Origin: Eledone cirrhosa
Taxonomy: Eukaryota
Length of the DNA stretch: 64,000 nt
Direction of reading: 5' to 3'
Assembly (NCBI GenBank): GCA_964016885.1
Contig: OZ024743.1
Location: 124,186,001-124,250,000 of the forward strand
Of the stretch, positions 32,405 through 46,279 are shown in pieces. Under the pieces are notes generated by a model, which saw only the letters and a list, made by a program, of their open reading frames with translations, did no database searches and was not told where the DNA came from. The first letter of the stretch is position 1. Each line of letters begins with the position of its first letter. The position numbers and the translations under genes are program-made.

Positions 32405-32980
32405 GTCAGAGGTTGAGGCAGAAGAACCTGGTGGCAGGCTGTTTGTGGACCAGTCAACTCCGGGGAGGTTGAAGTCCCCCATCATTAAGATGTTGTCAGG
32501 GTGACACTCTTGGATGAAACACTTTATGCTGTTGAGGCATTCCTTGAAGCATGGTACAGGCGTTTGGGGTGGCCTATAGAGCCCAACTACTAATAGGTTG
32601 TTGGTTTGACTGAATACAGTGACTGCTTCACAGTATCCATTAGTGAATATGTTCATAGCCTCTGTTGAGAATGAATTATGGACATAAATGGCAGTTCCGC
32701 CCTTTCTTCTGCCAGCGCGATCAGCACGGATGGCTTTGAAATTTTTCACTTTCACCTCGGCTTCCAAGTGGAGGTTACTGAGATGGGTTTCAGTGAGGAC
32801 GAAGAAAGGGATGTGGTTTGGATGGACATCAATCCAGTCCTCCAGGAATTTGATCTTCCATTTTTGAGTATTGGTGGAAGGGCTGATGCCTTGGGCGTTA
32901 AGCAAAAATGTAGAGGCGAGAGTGGATGGTTTTAATTGTTTTGGTGTGTTGTTAATTTGTTTGTTTGTTAATGGCAGCAA
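32405..32980 (-). pseudogene. ORF2 N-terminal APE endonuclease (inverted part)
   Basis: LLNAQGI, LTETHL, RADR..R.GGTAIY, GLYRPP and MGDFNLP motifs. Confidence 0.9.
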
Positions 32981-34125
32981 TGGGAGTTTGTGCAGTGGGG
33001 TGATAGTGGAGGGTGGTGCTGGGTGATAGCTCGAATGTTTTTTTCCAGTTCTTTTGCCAGATTCATTATGGCTAAAAAAGAGGAAGAAGTTTCCTGTTTA
33101 GAAGACTGTTGGTGACTGTGGTAGTGGTTATTTTTATGTAGGTTATGGTTTTTGTTTTTGCTTTTATTTTTAATTTTATTTTCATTTGTCCGACGGGTCC
33201 CCGGGAGATGGGTAAAGGGACAATCCCGGTCTAAACACAATCTGTCTCGCAGGGAAAAACGGCAGATTTGTGGATTCCTTGTTTGAGTTATTGGTGGTTG
33301 TGTTGGTGTTAAATTAGAGTATGTATTATGGTGGTGGCTGTTTGTGGGGATAGATCGTTTTGTCCTAGGTAAATGGGTGAATTTGCAGCCACTATCCGTA
33401 CATATTCTATAGCGTAGAGAGTAGCGGCAAATGATGGGGTTTCGAGTGGGTGGGTATGTGGGTGTGTGTGTTGTGAGAGGTGTAGATGATGGTTTGGGTA
33501 GGATTTGACGACCTTTGTGGACTGTGGGAGGGAGAGTTCTTGTTTTGGTATTAGAAGGTAAATTCCTTGACATAGCAGTAGACAAAAATGTTGTAGTAGT
33601 AGTAGTAGTAGTAGGCAGAGATGGAGATGGAGATGTTGGCAGTGGTGATGATTGGACTGCTGGGCCAGAGAAAGGATGTGGCGTTTCATGCTGTGAGACA
33701 GAGGCTACTGGGGGGTCAATAGTTTCATTTAGTAGATCGGCCATTGTTGATGAATCAAGGAGTGGTTCACACTGTTGTTGTCGTTGTTGTTGTTGTTGTT
33801 GCTGTTGTTGTTGTAGCTGTTGTTGTTGTTGCTGTTGTAGCTGCTGTTGTTGTTGTTGCTGCTGCTGGACAGCATTCGAAGAGAAAACACACCGTAGTTT
33901 ATCCAAATGTTTATTGATTAATTTAAAAGCAATTTCGATTTGCTTTAATTTATTTTGAATCTGTTGTTCAGATCGAGTTTTCAAAAATTGAACTGTACGT
34001 TTAGCAATGTCGTTCAGAGATGAAGCATGTATGTCTTCTGTTTGGGAAAGGCAATGCCATGTGTTTATTAGAATGTCGATTTCATTATCAGACCAGTTCT
34101 GTTTGGATTTTTGCTGGTTAGCCAT
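32968..34125 (-). CDS. LINE ORF1: Myb/SANT-like N-terminus, polyQ, two CCCH fingers
   Basis: 385-aa open frame overlapping the ORF2 start; [13 protein letters not shown]...[11 protein letters not shown]; [19 protein letters not shown] and [19 protein letters not shown]. Confidence 0.75.
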   Translation of the reverse strand: MANQQKSKQNWSDNEIDILINTWHCLSQTEDIHASSLNDIAKRTVQFLKTRSEQQIQNKLKQIEIAFKLINKHLDKLRCVFSSNAVQQQQQQQQQLQQQQQQQLQQQQQQQQQQRQQQCEPLLDSSTMADLLNETIDPPVASVSQHETPHPFSGPAVQSSPLPTSPSPSLPTTTTTTTTFLSTAMSRNLPSNTKTRTLPPTVHKGRQILPKPSSTPLTTHTPTYPPTRNPIICRYSLRYRICTDSGCKFTHLPRTKRSIPTNSHHHNTYSNLTPTQPPITQTRNPQICRFSLRDRLCLDRDCPFTHLPGTRRTNENKIKNKSKNKNHNLHKNNHYHSHQQSSKQETSSSFLAIMNLAKELEKNIRAITQHHPPLSPHCTNSHCCH

Positions 34126-34547
34126 TCTAGTTTTGAGTGTGTGTGTGTTTTAGTTAAGTATTTCAATATATATATATTTTTTTTTAATTTATTTTTTATT
34201 TATTTTTGTTTTTTGTTTTTCTTGTGTGTGAGTGAGAAGAGTATATATATAAATATGAGTATATATATATATATGTATATTCTGGTTATTTGAAATTAAT
34301 TAAGTTAATGAAAAGACGAAAGTATATAATAATAATTTGTAGTTAAAGGAAAATGTACTCACAAGTTCGAAAACACGTGGTTTCAAATATATAATAATAT
34401 AGATGTATGTAAATGTATTAACCGGTCAATTTTTGTTTGTTTGGTTTTGTTTTGTGGTTTTGTTTTGTGGCTGTGTGACTTGCTGCTTACTCGGGGAGAG
34501 AAGTAAAAACACGTCCTTATACTTCAACTGCTCAACTGCTATATCAA

Positions 34548-36979
34548 CTGACAGGGAAGCTGTGGAATCGCGTCTTGACTTCATGGATGATTTCTTCCTA
34601 TCCCAACTGGTGCTCGAACCAACGAGGTGCCACAAAAACGTCCTAGACTTAATTTTCAGCAATCACACTGACAATATCCACAATATTGCAGTGGAGAAAA
34701 CTCTACTCTCTGATCATGACATGGTTCTCTGTGATCTGAGATTCCACCGTCCAATATACAAACCCAATGTCATCTCTCCTGTCCATCCGTTTGACGCTAT
34801 GGATTTCCACAATGCAAACTGGGAAGCGATCAGTCATGATCTTGCACATGTCGACTGGTCCTTCACGCACACTCATACACCCACTAACATCAAAAAGTCC
34901 TGGCAGACATTTGTGGACACTGTTACAAACATATGTGCTAAACACACCCCATTAAGAACTATAAACAAATCTAAGAGCAGAATCCCTAGAAATAGAAAAA
35001 CGCTCATCAGAAAAATTAAGAGAACGAACAAAAAAATCAACAAGCTGAAATACTGTCAGCAGCAACACATCAACTTGACTGCCATTTCATCACTAGAGAT
35101 TAAAAAACATAACCTCCAAAACAACATAATGTCCCTCATCAACAATCAGAGAAGAGCTGAAGAGGCCTGGGCCATTGAGAAGATCAAACTCAATCCCAAA
35201 GTGTTCTTTTCATTTGCAAAAAAACACAAAATCACTGGCTCTACTGTTGGCCCTCTAATTGATGAAAATGGCACTCTTCAAGACAATGCTAAAACCATGG
35301 GCGAGATACTGCAGAAACAATACTGCTCTGTTTTCAGCAATCCTGATATGGCCGATCTGGGCTGTATCGGCGATGTTACTCCCCATTACACCTTATCGGA
35401 CATAACGTTTGGCGCCCCAGATGTCTTGGCGGCAATAAAGGAAATCAAGCATAATTCAGCAGTAGGTCCCGATAGGTTCCCTGCTTGTGTCTTGAAGGCG
35501 TGTCAACACCAACTTGCATCTCCTCTTGCCAATCTGTGGCGGAACTCACTGGATGCTGGATATGTGCCAGAAAACCTTCTATCCCAGTCTGTTGTCCCAG
35601 TTTTCAAAAAGGGAAACAAATCCCTTGCCGTGAATTACCGTCCAATCTCACTCACCTCTCATATCATTAAGGTATTTGAGCGAGTGGTGAGATCGCGAAT
35701 GACCCACTTCCTTGAGAGTAACAATATGCTGAACTCCAACCAGCATGGATTCCGTAATGGAAGGGATTGCCTGACGCAGCTACTGCATCACTTTGATGAC
35801 ATTTTGAGAGCCTTGGGAGAGGGTTCCAACACTGATGTTATCTACCTTGATTTCAGCAAGGCCTTTGACAGGGTTGATCATAACATTCTACTGCGAAAGC
35901 TGTCCAATATTGGTGTCACTGGAAAGCTGCTGCAGTGGATCAAGAGCTTCCTGTCAAACAGAACCCAACATGTTGTAGTTGAGGGAGTCAAATCAAGCCC
36001 AGCCAAAGTCAGTAGTGGGGTCCCACAAGGCACTGTGTTGGGCCCACTTCTCTTCATCATCTATATTAATGACATCACTGACATCATCAAACACAGCAAC
36101 ATTAAAATTTTCGCTGATGATTCCAAGCTCCAAAAGGTCATCAATGGCGTGGATGACCGGATAAGCCTTCAGTCAGACCTACTGGCTGTTACCCAATGGG
36201 CAGAAAAGAACAACATGTTACTGAACGAAGACAAATTCGAACTGATCCACTTTGGAAAAGAGGATGCTCTGAAACTCCCGTACTCCCTTCCCTCCGGGGA
36301 AACTCTCGTGGCATCTAACAACATCAGAGACTTGGGAGTAACCGTGGACAGCAACATAAGCTGGACCACGCATATAAGCAGCAAAGTTGACATGGCCCGC
36401 AGAATGTGTTCCTGGATCCTCAGAACCTTCCAGTCGAGAGATTCCCGCACCATTATCCTTCTCTTCTCTACTTTCGCCCGACCACACCTTGAATACTGTT
36501 GTCCACTGTGGTCTCCCCACACGAAACAAAGTATCATGAAACTTGAAGCTCCTCAAAGGGCAATCACGAAAAAGATAGATGGCATGTCAGACCTTGACTA
36601 CTGGGGTCGATTAGAAAACCTGAAACGCCGTGAGCGTTATATTATCTGCATGATGTGGAAAATGTTCCATCATCACTGCCCAAATGATGTTGGCATCGCC
36701 TTCAAGATACACCTAAGGCTTGGGCCCCGTGCTATCCGTCCCATTCAAAAATCTAAATCGCAACTCATAACAACAATACGGCACAATTATTTCACCTCAA
36801 TCGGCCCTGCTCTCTTCAACACCACACCAGGACACGTCAAAACAGAAACTGACCACACAAAATTCAAGAAGTCTTTGGACAAATTCCTCCAAGTAATCCC
36901 GGACAAACCACCCACACCCGGATATGTCTCCGCAAACAGTAATTCTCTTCTCGAATGGGCCATGGTGCCCAAATCCTGA
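34548..36979 (+). pseudogene. ORF2 APE C-terminus + RT
   Basis: PTR..NVLDL, SDHDMV, NYRPISLTS, YLDFSKAFD, SGVPQGTVLGP and FADDSK motifs. Open frame. The ORF-track start at 34403 is antisense UTR read-through. Confidence 0.92.
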
Positions 36980-37090
36980 ATTGAAAGACTTCGCCAGGTG
37001 GTGCTATTAAGTTAGACATGGCCTGGGCCAATACTGGCCAAAACATTTCAAAGTTATTCAAAGTTATTATACATATATACATATATATAT

Positions 37091-37123
<33 letters not shown>

Positions 37124-37156
37124 TATATACATATATATATATACATATATATATAC

Positions 37157-37249
<93 letters not shown>

Positions 37250-37426
37250 CATATATATATATACATATATATATATACATATATACATATATATACATAT
37301 ATACATATATATACATATATATATATATACATATATACATATATATATATACATATATATATACATATATACATATATACATATATATACATATATACAT
37401 ATACATATATACATATATATATATAT

Positions 37427-37597
37427 ACATGGACACACTAGAAGAGGAAGACCAAAGTTAACATATGATGATGCCCTAAGGACAGACACTGGTCTGTTGG
37501 AGATGCAGGATATGGCAGCGATAATGAGGGACAGAGACCGCTGGAGAGAACTCGTCCATGGATCTCGGGAATTTTACCCGCCTTAGATAGATAGATA
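37427..37597 (+). mobile_element. 3' stub of the 9228-11405 RTE family
   Basis: Matches ~11236-11405 including the TAGA tail. Confidence 0.9.
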
Positions 37598-37604
37598 TAT
37601 ATAC

Positions 37605-37759
<155 letters not shown>

Positions 37760-37778
37760 CATATATACATATATATAT

Positions 37779-37809
<31 letters not shown>

Positions 37810-38383
37810 TACATATACATTTACATATATACATATATATATACATATATACATATATATATACATATATACATATATATACATATATATACAGATATAT
37901 ATATACATATATATATATATATACATATATACATATATATATATACATATATACATATATATATATATATACATATATATATACATATATATATATACAT
38001 ATATATATATTGTTATATTTGGGGAGGGTCATATTTGCGTAATATTGCCAGAATTAATAACAGAACACACTCACTGTTTGGTTGGTTTTCGCTTCTCGCT
38101 GTCTTTTATATATATATATCTGCGATCTAACTTACTCGGTCCTCAATGTTGCCATTGACTGACCGGCGGTCAAAAATAATACAGATACAATATAGACAAA
38201 CACATATATATATAGTTTACATAATTTACATAAATCTTTCGTTGCACATCTGCAACATCGTCAGTGGTGTTATATTCATTGTTCCTCCTGTTGTGTTGTA
38301 TGTCTACGCCATTTTTTTTTGTTCAGTCTGTCTATATATTTATTTATTTATTTGCTTGTTTGTTTATCTTATTTTATTTTGTC

Positions 38384-40260
38384 GACGACCCGACAACAGG
38401 ACCACCAACAAGACCCGTATGCGGAGCTAATATAGCTAGCAACTACAGGATCTCCTACTTCCTCTCGATGGTTATACGCCCCATAATCAAGATGTCCCCA
38501 GATGTATGTGAAAGTACAGAGGACCTCCTCAGCAGAATCAGTGAGTGCAACAAAAACAGGAGCCTATCCAACTGCATAATAGGCAGCATGGATGTGGTGT
38601 CACTGTACCCATCCATTAACATTGATTTTGCTGTGAAAAGATGTGTGGAGATGATCATTGAGAGTGAGGTGGAGTTCTGCGACGTCGACACAGACGAACT
38701 GGGCCTCCTACTTAGACTTACCTACGACACTGACTACCTAGACAGCCATGACCTTAGATGTTTCTGCCCTAGTAGACCTATAAGAGGTAGACCCCCCACC
38801 ATAACCTCAATGGCTAAAAAGACTCCCATAGGAAGGTGGATTGGGTGGACCAAAGCTATACGGACCCCCCAAAACACTGATCAGGTAAGAAAAATGGTCG
38901 CACATGCAATAGGGGCTAGTATCAAAACTACCCTAAAGGGCCACATATTTAAGTTCAATGAGAAAATCTACACCCAAAATGAGGGAGCAGCCATCGGCGT
39001 CAGCATAGCTGGTGATGTTGCCAACCTTTTCATGGTATGGTGGGAAAGGAGACTTAAAGATCTCCTTAATGAAAGCTCCATAGACCTCATCATGTACTCT
39101 CGTTATGTAGACGATATCAATATAGTTATAAGAACACCCCCACTAGAGAGCACTAACAAGTTTGATTTAGAACGTAGCACGATGGAAAGCATCCAGCAGA
39201 TAGCTAATTCCATACACCAGAGTATAACTGTAACTATAGACTTCCCTTCCAAACACCCTAACAATAGACTACCTGTATTAGACACAGAACTCTGGATTAA
39301 CACTATAGACGAGAGAGCCCAAATTCTCCACTCACACTATGCTAAACCCATGGCCTCCAAATACCTGATACTCAAAAACTCAGCAATGTCCAGTAGTGCT
39401 AAGTTTAATATTCTGATCGCAGATTTGGTACGAGTGATGAAGAATGTGTCCAGCATGTGCGACCCAACAGAAATGGAAGGACACATCCAACACTTCATCA
39501 ACTGCATGCAGTTCTCTGGCTACAACCAAAGAGACAGAGTCAGAGTATACGAAGGAGCCATGGAAAAGTATAAGACCCTCATAGAACTGGACATGAAAGG
39601 AATTTGCCCACTATACAGGAGCAAATCATGGAATAGCTTAGATAGGGCTAGACATAAGTTAGGGAAGGCCACATCATGGTACGACAACCAGAGATATCAG
39701 AGTGTCATGTTTGTGGACGCCACCCCTGGAGGGAAATTAGCTAACCAGTGTAGAAAGGCCCTGAGAAAGACCCACTTAAAAATAAAGGTGGTAGAAAAGC
39801 CAGGAACCACCATAAAATCCCTGATCAGCAAAACCTACCCTTTTAAGAAAACCCACTGTACCAATAGGAAGTGTATCATATGTAATGTGAACCCCCGGAT
39901 AAACTGTAAAACTAGAAACGTAGTCTATAGCATAAGATGTACAGAGGGTACTTGCAGAAACATGACAACAACATACATAGGTGAGACAGCTCGTAGCATA
40001 GGTGAAAGGATAGACCAACACTGGGGGAACTAAAAGGACGAAAAAACGGGTCAGTACTATACGAACATGCTAGACAACAACATGACGGTAACATAGACAA
40101 CATAGAAATTAGAATATTATCTAAACATAGGAATGACCCAGCAGATAGGCAAATCAGAGAGGCCAGTGAAATAGAAATTAGAAGACCAAAGCTAAACAGA
40201 AAGAATGAGTGGAACAACAACAACACCCAAACAAACAACACTGACCTAAGAGAAGTATAA
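38384..40260 (+). pseudogene. PLE RT + GIY-YIG, 5'-truncated, one frameshift in the G-run at ~40025
   Basis: PPTRPVCGA, MDVVSLYPSI, YVDDI and YIGETARS motifs. Adding one G restores ...SVLYEHA...RQIREA...PKLNRKNEW. Confidence 0.9.
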
Positions 40261-40544
40261 ATAAGTAAATAAAATTAAATAAAATAAGATAAATAAATAC
40301 ATACACAAGCACAATAACAACAAGCACATAAACACACACTAGTCACCCAGCAGACACAACACTATACACACTAGTCACACATCACACATAACACTATACA
40401 CACACGCAAACGCATGCGCAAAGAAGACAAAATAAAATAAGATAAACAAACAAGCAAATAAATAAATAAATATATAGACAGACTGAACAAAAAAAAAAAT
40501 GGCGTAGACATACAACACAACAGGAGGAACAATGAATATAACAC

Positions 40545-40582
40545 CACTGACGATGTTGCAGATGTGCAACGAAAGATTTATG
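40545..40582 (+). ncRNA. Minimal HHR, family B (inverted copy at 38229-38266)
   Basis: CA-CTGACGA-T-GTTGCA gatg TGCAAC-GAAA-GATT-TA-TG; stem II covaries with family A. Confidence 0.68.
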
Positions 40583-40923
40583 TAAATTATGTAAACTATA
40601 TATATATGTGTTTGTCTATATTGTATCTGTATTATTTTTGACCGCCGGTCAGTCAATGGCAACATTGAGGACCGAGTAAGTTAGATCGCAGATATATATA
40701 TATAAAAGACAGCGAGAAGCGAAAACCAACCAAACAGCGAGTGTGTTCTGTTATTAATTCTGGCAATATTACGCAAATATGACCCTCCCCAAATATAACA
40801 ATATCTGTTTCGACACACGATTTCATATAAAAAACCTCGCAAAACTAATTCATATATATATACATATATATATATACATACATATATATATACATATATA
40901 TATACATATATATATATACATAC

Positions 40924-41018
<95 letters not shown>

Positions 41019-41024
41019 CATACA

Positions 41025-41061
<37 letters not shown>

Positions 41062-41066
41062 TTACA

Positions 41067-41098
<32 letters not shown>

Positions 41099-41113
41099 CA
41101 TATATATATATAC

Positions 41114-41208
<95 letters not shown>

Positions 41209-41263
41209 TATATACATATATATATATATATACATATACACATATACATACACACACATACAT

Positions 41264-41302
<39 letters not shown>

Positions 41303-41439
41303 CACATACACACATATATAGTGTTCTGATTACTTGTTGATTGGGCAGGAATATATATTGTTGTCTTTGTTGATCCTGTATCAATAACTTTGTGATAATT
41401 TTGTAATAATTTTATGATAATTTTGTAATAATTTTGCGA

Positions 41440-41900
41440 TAATTTTATGATGATTTGATAATTTTGTAATGATTTTGTGGTAATTTTATGATGATTTGAA
41501 AATATTGTAATGATTTTGTGGTAATTTTATGATGATTTGATAATTTTGTAATGATTTTGTGGTAATTTTATGATGTTTTGATAATTTTGTAATGATTTTG
41601 TGGTAATTTTATGATGATTTGATAATTTTGTAATGATTTTGTGGTAATTTTATGATGATTTGATAATTTTGTAATGATTTTGTGGTAATTTTATGATGAT
41701 TTGATAATTTTGTAATGATTTTGTGGTAATTTTATGATGATTTGATAATTTTTTAATGATTTTGTGGTAATTTTATGATGATTTGATAATTTTGTAATGA
41801 TTTTGTGGTAATTTTATGATGATTTGATAATTTTGTAATGATTTTGTGGTAATTTTATGATGATTTGATAATTTTGTAATGATTTTGTGGTAATTTTGTA
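41440..41900. repeat. 41-bp minisatellite, ~11 copies
   Basis: Unit gtggtaattttatgatgatttgataattttgtaatgatttt, e.g. at 41641 and 41682. Confidence 0.95.
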
Positions 41901-42863
41901 ATAATTTTGTAATAACTTTTAATCCTGTATCAATAATTTTAGAATGTTTTTTTGTGATAATACAGGGTTAGATCACTGAAGCTACCTTGTACCTTCTTAA
42001 AGATACATTTTATAATTATTGTCTTTTTGCTTATGTATTTTCTTAGTTACCACTTTCTTTAATCTTGCCCAACTTGATAAACTCCTTGAATTGCTCCCTA
42101 ATTAAATTACTTAAATTGCTTAGATTATTGTATCTATTATGCCTAAGTTGTATCTGTTGAAGCAGCCCTTTGAAAATTCCTCGGATATCCCAAATACCGT
42201 AATTTTTAATTTTTAACTTTTAATGTATAATTTTCCTCAATTCGTTTTTATATTTATCCTTTAAAGGCTCTCTAAAATTTTAATTCTTCGAAGGGTCTCT
42301 CGGAAGAAGTTCCTATTGGAAATATTAAAGGGGCCTTTTCTGAGAGATTTATGGAAGGCTCTCTGAATTAACCTCTAATTGATTAGTTTCTTTCAACCTA
42401 GTTTTCAATTCAGTTTTCTGAATTTTGTAAACGTGATCTCGGGGGAAGAAGGTTTTTTTCTTTCGGAAAAAATTTTTTTTTCTCTAGAAGAAATTTCATA
42501 GGAACTTTATATATTTTTTAGGGAAACTTTATATTTTTATTTTCTTATTTTATTAGCCTCTTAATTTTCTTCTAGTCTAATAGGTTTATTGGAGCCTGTA
42601 AGCTTTATGCACTCATTGAGGGATTTTCTAAGGTGCTTCTACGGGACCCCAAGTCTTTTAGTTTAATGTTGATGCGTAAATTATATATTTTTGTCTAATT
42701 TTTAAACTTCAATCCCTGACCCCGACAACTAATATAAAAGAGCCCCCCTTAGAATATTGACCCCAACTATACAAGCGGAGTTGCTGATGTATACAACAAT
42801 TTCAAACTGCTAGCCTTGAGTGATACGTTGATGTAAACAATGATCTTGCAATCACATGTTATA

Positions 42864-42910
42864 TGCCTTGATAAGTCCCACCATGGGGTCGGACGAAGCG
42901 GCTGTCGGCA
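42864..42910 (+). ncRNA. Variant HHR (U3-A8, GAAG)
   Basis: TGCC-TTGATAA-GTCC[12 nt]GGAC-GAAG-CGGCTG-TC-GGCA. Confidence 0.62.
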
Positions 42911-43194
42911 ACAAACTTGTTATAATGTCATAATAGTTCCTTTGTTCTTTTTCACTAATATTTCTGCTCTGCGTATACGCATAGAGCTTAACTAGCTACC
43001 GTCACATATTTGGTAAGTCAGACGTGATCATCGCGATTCACATACGACCTACCATACATCTTACTTATATATATGTGTATATATATATACATATATATAT
43101 ACATATATATATATATACACATATATACAATTATATACATATATATATATAAACATATATATATACATATATATATATACATATATATATATAC

Positions 43195-43225
<31 letters not shown>

Positions 43226-43418
43226 CATATATACATATATATATATATACATATATATATATACATATATATATATACATATATATATATACATATATAT
43301 ACATACAAATATATACATACATAGATATACATAAATATATATACATACAGACATATACATATATATACATATATATATATAGATATATATATATATATAC
43401 ATACATACATATATATAC

Positions 43419-43503
<85 letters not shown>

Positions 43504-43602
43504 CATATATATACATATATATATATATATATACATATATACATATACATACATATATACACATATATACATATATATATACATATATATATACATATAT
43601 AC

Positions 43603-43633
<31 letters not shown>

Positions 43634-43809
43634 CATATATATATACATATATACATATATATATATACATATATATATATACACATATATACATACATAT
43701 ACATATATACAGGTATATATATACACATATATACATACATATACATATATACATTTATATACATATCTATATATATATATATACAGACATATACATATAT
43801 ATATATACA

Positions 43810-45520
43810 GATACGTTTTCCTTTAACTAACTCTCCATAAAAGAGTTGTTTTGGTATTCTAGAATCCTTCATCCAGGCAAGGTGACCATTTAAACGGAGT
43901 CGTTGCTTAAGCACAAGAGCTTATATACTCTCACACATAGAGCTTGCCAAAATCTCGACATCACTGATGTGGTCCCTCCAGTGAATGCCATGGATCCGTC
44001 TGAGACACATCTGATGGAAACGCTCCAATTGCTTAAGGTGGTGTCGATATGTGACCCAGGTCTCGCAGGCATAAAGAAGAGAAGAGAGCACACATGCCTT
44101 GTACACCTTTACCTTTGTCTTCTTGCATATGTCTCACCGACCCCAGAGTCGCCTTTCTTGCTTTCCGAAAGCATCACTTGCTTTCTTAATCCTAAGTGAG
44201 ATTTCACTATCAAGGTTGCTGTATCAATTGAAAGTGCTTCCTAGGTAGACAAACTGATCAACCACTCCAAGTCGTTTACCATACACATAGATATTTGGTT
44301 CAGTGTACTGCTTACCAGGAGCAGGTTGGTACATGACAACGGTTTTCTTGAGACTGATAGTCAATCCTAGGGCAGTGCAAGCATCAGAAAATGCATTCAA
44401 AATGTGCTGCATATCACTCTCTGTGTGCGCTACAAGATCGCAATCATCTGCATACAAGAGGTCTCTTATGATTGATGTAAATACTTTTGTCTTTGCAGCA
44501 AAGCGCCTGATGTTAAATATGTTGCCTGAGGTTCGATATCGGATGTAAACACCATGCTCGCAATTCTTGAGTGCAATACAGAAAACCATTGCAAAGTATA
44601 TGGCAAACAGGGTCGGTGCTGGAATATCTCCCTGTTTCACTCCATTTTTTACTGAGATAGGCTCCGACATGTTACCTCCGACATTAACCCAAGCCTTCAT
44701 GTCGTCAGGGAAAGACCTAACTAAAGCAAGGAACTTATCAGGGCAACCAAGTTTCTGGAAAACCTTTCATAATGCATCTCTGTTAACAGTATCGAAAGCT
44801 TTTGTCAGATCGACAAAAAACCTGATACAGATCCAAACATTGTTGCATGCACTTCTCCTGGAGCTGTCTAGCTGAGAAGATCATATCAGTAGTGCCGCGT
44901 CCAGCACGAAAACCAGATTGACTTTCATGAAGAACACAATCTCCAATGTGTGTCAGCAGACGGTCCAGAAGCACCCTACATAACACTTTACCTACGACAG
45001 AAAGCAATGATATACATCTGTTGTTCCCACAATCATTCCTGTTACTCTTTCCCTTGTACAGCACCACCATTACTGCATCTCTCCAGTCCTCAGCTACGGA
45101 TTCACTAGCCCATATCCTACCAAACAAAGAGTGCAGATGTTGCAGGAGTCTCTCACCACCATATTGTAGTAGCTCAGCATGTATGCCATCCATACCTGGA
45201 GACCTTCCACTGTTCAGCTTCGAGAAAGCCACTGCAACCTCCACAAGCGTCGGAGGTTCTGCGAGAGCTACTTTCATAGGACTTTCTGGAATGAGATTGA
45301 GGAAATCTTCATTGACGACAGACGGCTGATTAAAAAGATCATCATAGTGCTCTCGCCACCTTCGTAGAATTTCCTTGTGAGTCACGAAGAAGTTCTTTGC
45401 CATCCTTGCTGCGAAGCGGTGTCACCAGAGAAGAAGACGGTCCATAAACTTCACGCAAGAGACTGTACAACAGCTTTGTGTTATTGGAATCTGACACAGT
45501 TTGTATCTCATCAGCCTTCT
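43810..45520 (-). mobile_element. RTE-BovB-like LINE, RT region, decayed
   Basis: ESQSGFRAGRGTTDMIF, GVKQGD.PAPTLF, LLYADD, LLYACETW and QRLRLNGH motifs; frameshifts; both ends cut by microsatellites. Confidence 0.9.
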
Positions 45521-45545
45521 CACACACACACACATACACACATAC

Positions 45546-45592
<47 letters not shown>

Positions 45593-45622
45593 CATACATA
45601 CATACATACATACATACATACA

Positions 45623-45655
<33 letters not shown>

Positions 45656-46126
45656 TATATATATATATATACATATATACATACATACATACATATATAC
45701 ATATATACATACATACATATATATAAACATACATACAAACCTACATACATATATATATACATATATAGATACATACATATATACATATATACATGTATAT
45801 ATGCACATATACATACATACATATATATATGCACATATACATACATAAATATATATATATATATATATGCACATATACATACATACATATATATATATAT
45901 ACACATATATATATACATATATACATACATACATACACATATATATATACATATATACATACATACATACATATATACATACATACATACATATATATCT
46001 ATATCTATACACATACATATATATATATCTATACACATACATATATATATATATATACACATACATATATATACACATATATAAATATATATATATATAT
46101 ACACATATATAAATATATATATATAT

Positions 46127-46202
<76 letters not shown>

Positions 46203-46248
46203 ACATACATATATATACACGTACATACATACATACATATATATATAC

Positions 46249-46279
<31 letters not shown>

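Larger units (their letters stand above)
32405..37069. mobile_element. Full-length CR1-like LINE with inverted 5' half (minus 34547->32405, plus 34548->37069)
   Basis: ORF1 and the APE N-terminus lie on minus; the APE C-terminus and RT lie on plus. Tail (TTCAAAGTTA)2 then (TA)n. Confidence 0.88.
38009..40852. mobile_element. Penelope-like element family B with inverted pLTR (minus 38009-38383, plus ~38384-40852)
   Basis: The left arm is the reverse complement of ~40426-40802. Protein is homologous to family A. Confidence 0.92.
41319..43065 (+). mobile_element. Unclassified AT-rich non-coding insert ending in an HHR-bearing pLTR-like region
   Basis: Bounded by (TA)n, no long ORF, HHR ~155 nt from the right end. 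Confidence 0.5.

Noticed and set aside
33515-33958. Poly-Cys ORF
   Set aside because: Antisense of the CAA/CAG polyQ tract of LINE ORF1.
38264-38383. Hydrophobic signal/TM-like N-termini of ORFs 38264 and 34403
   Set aside because: Read-through from inverted pLTR or antisense 5'UTR across inversion junctions.
41440-41900. CRISPR-like or coding repeat
   Set aside because: Contiguous 41-bp units without spacers; stop codons recur on both strands as the frame shifts.
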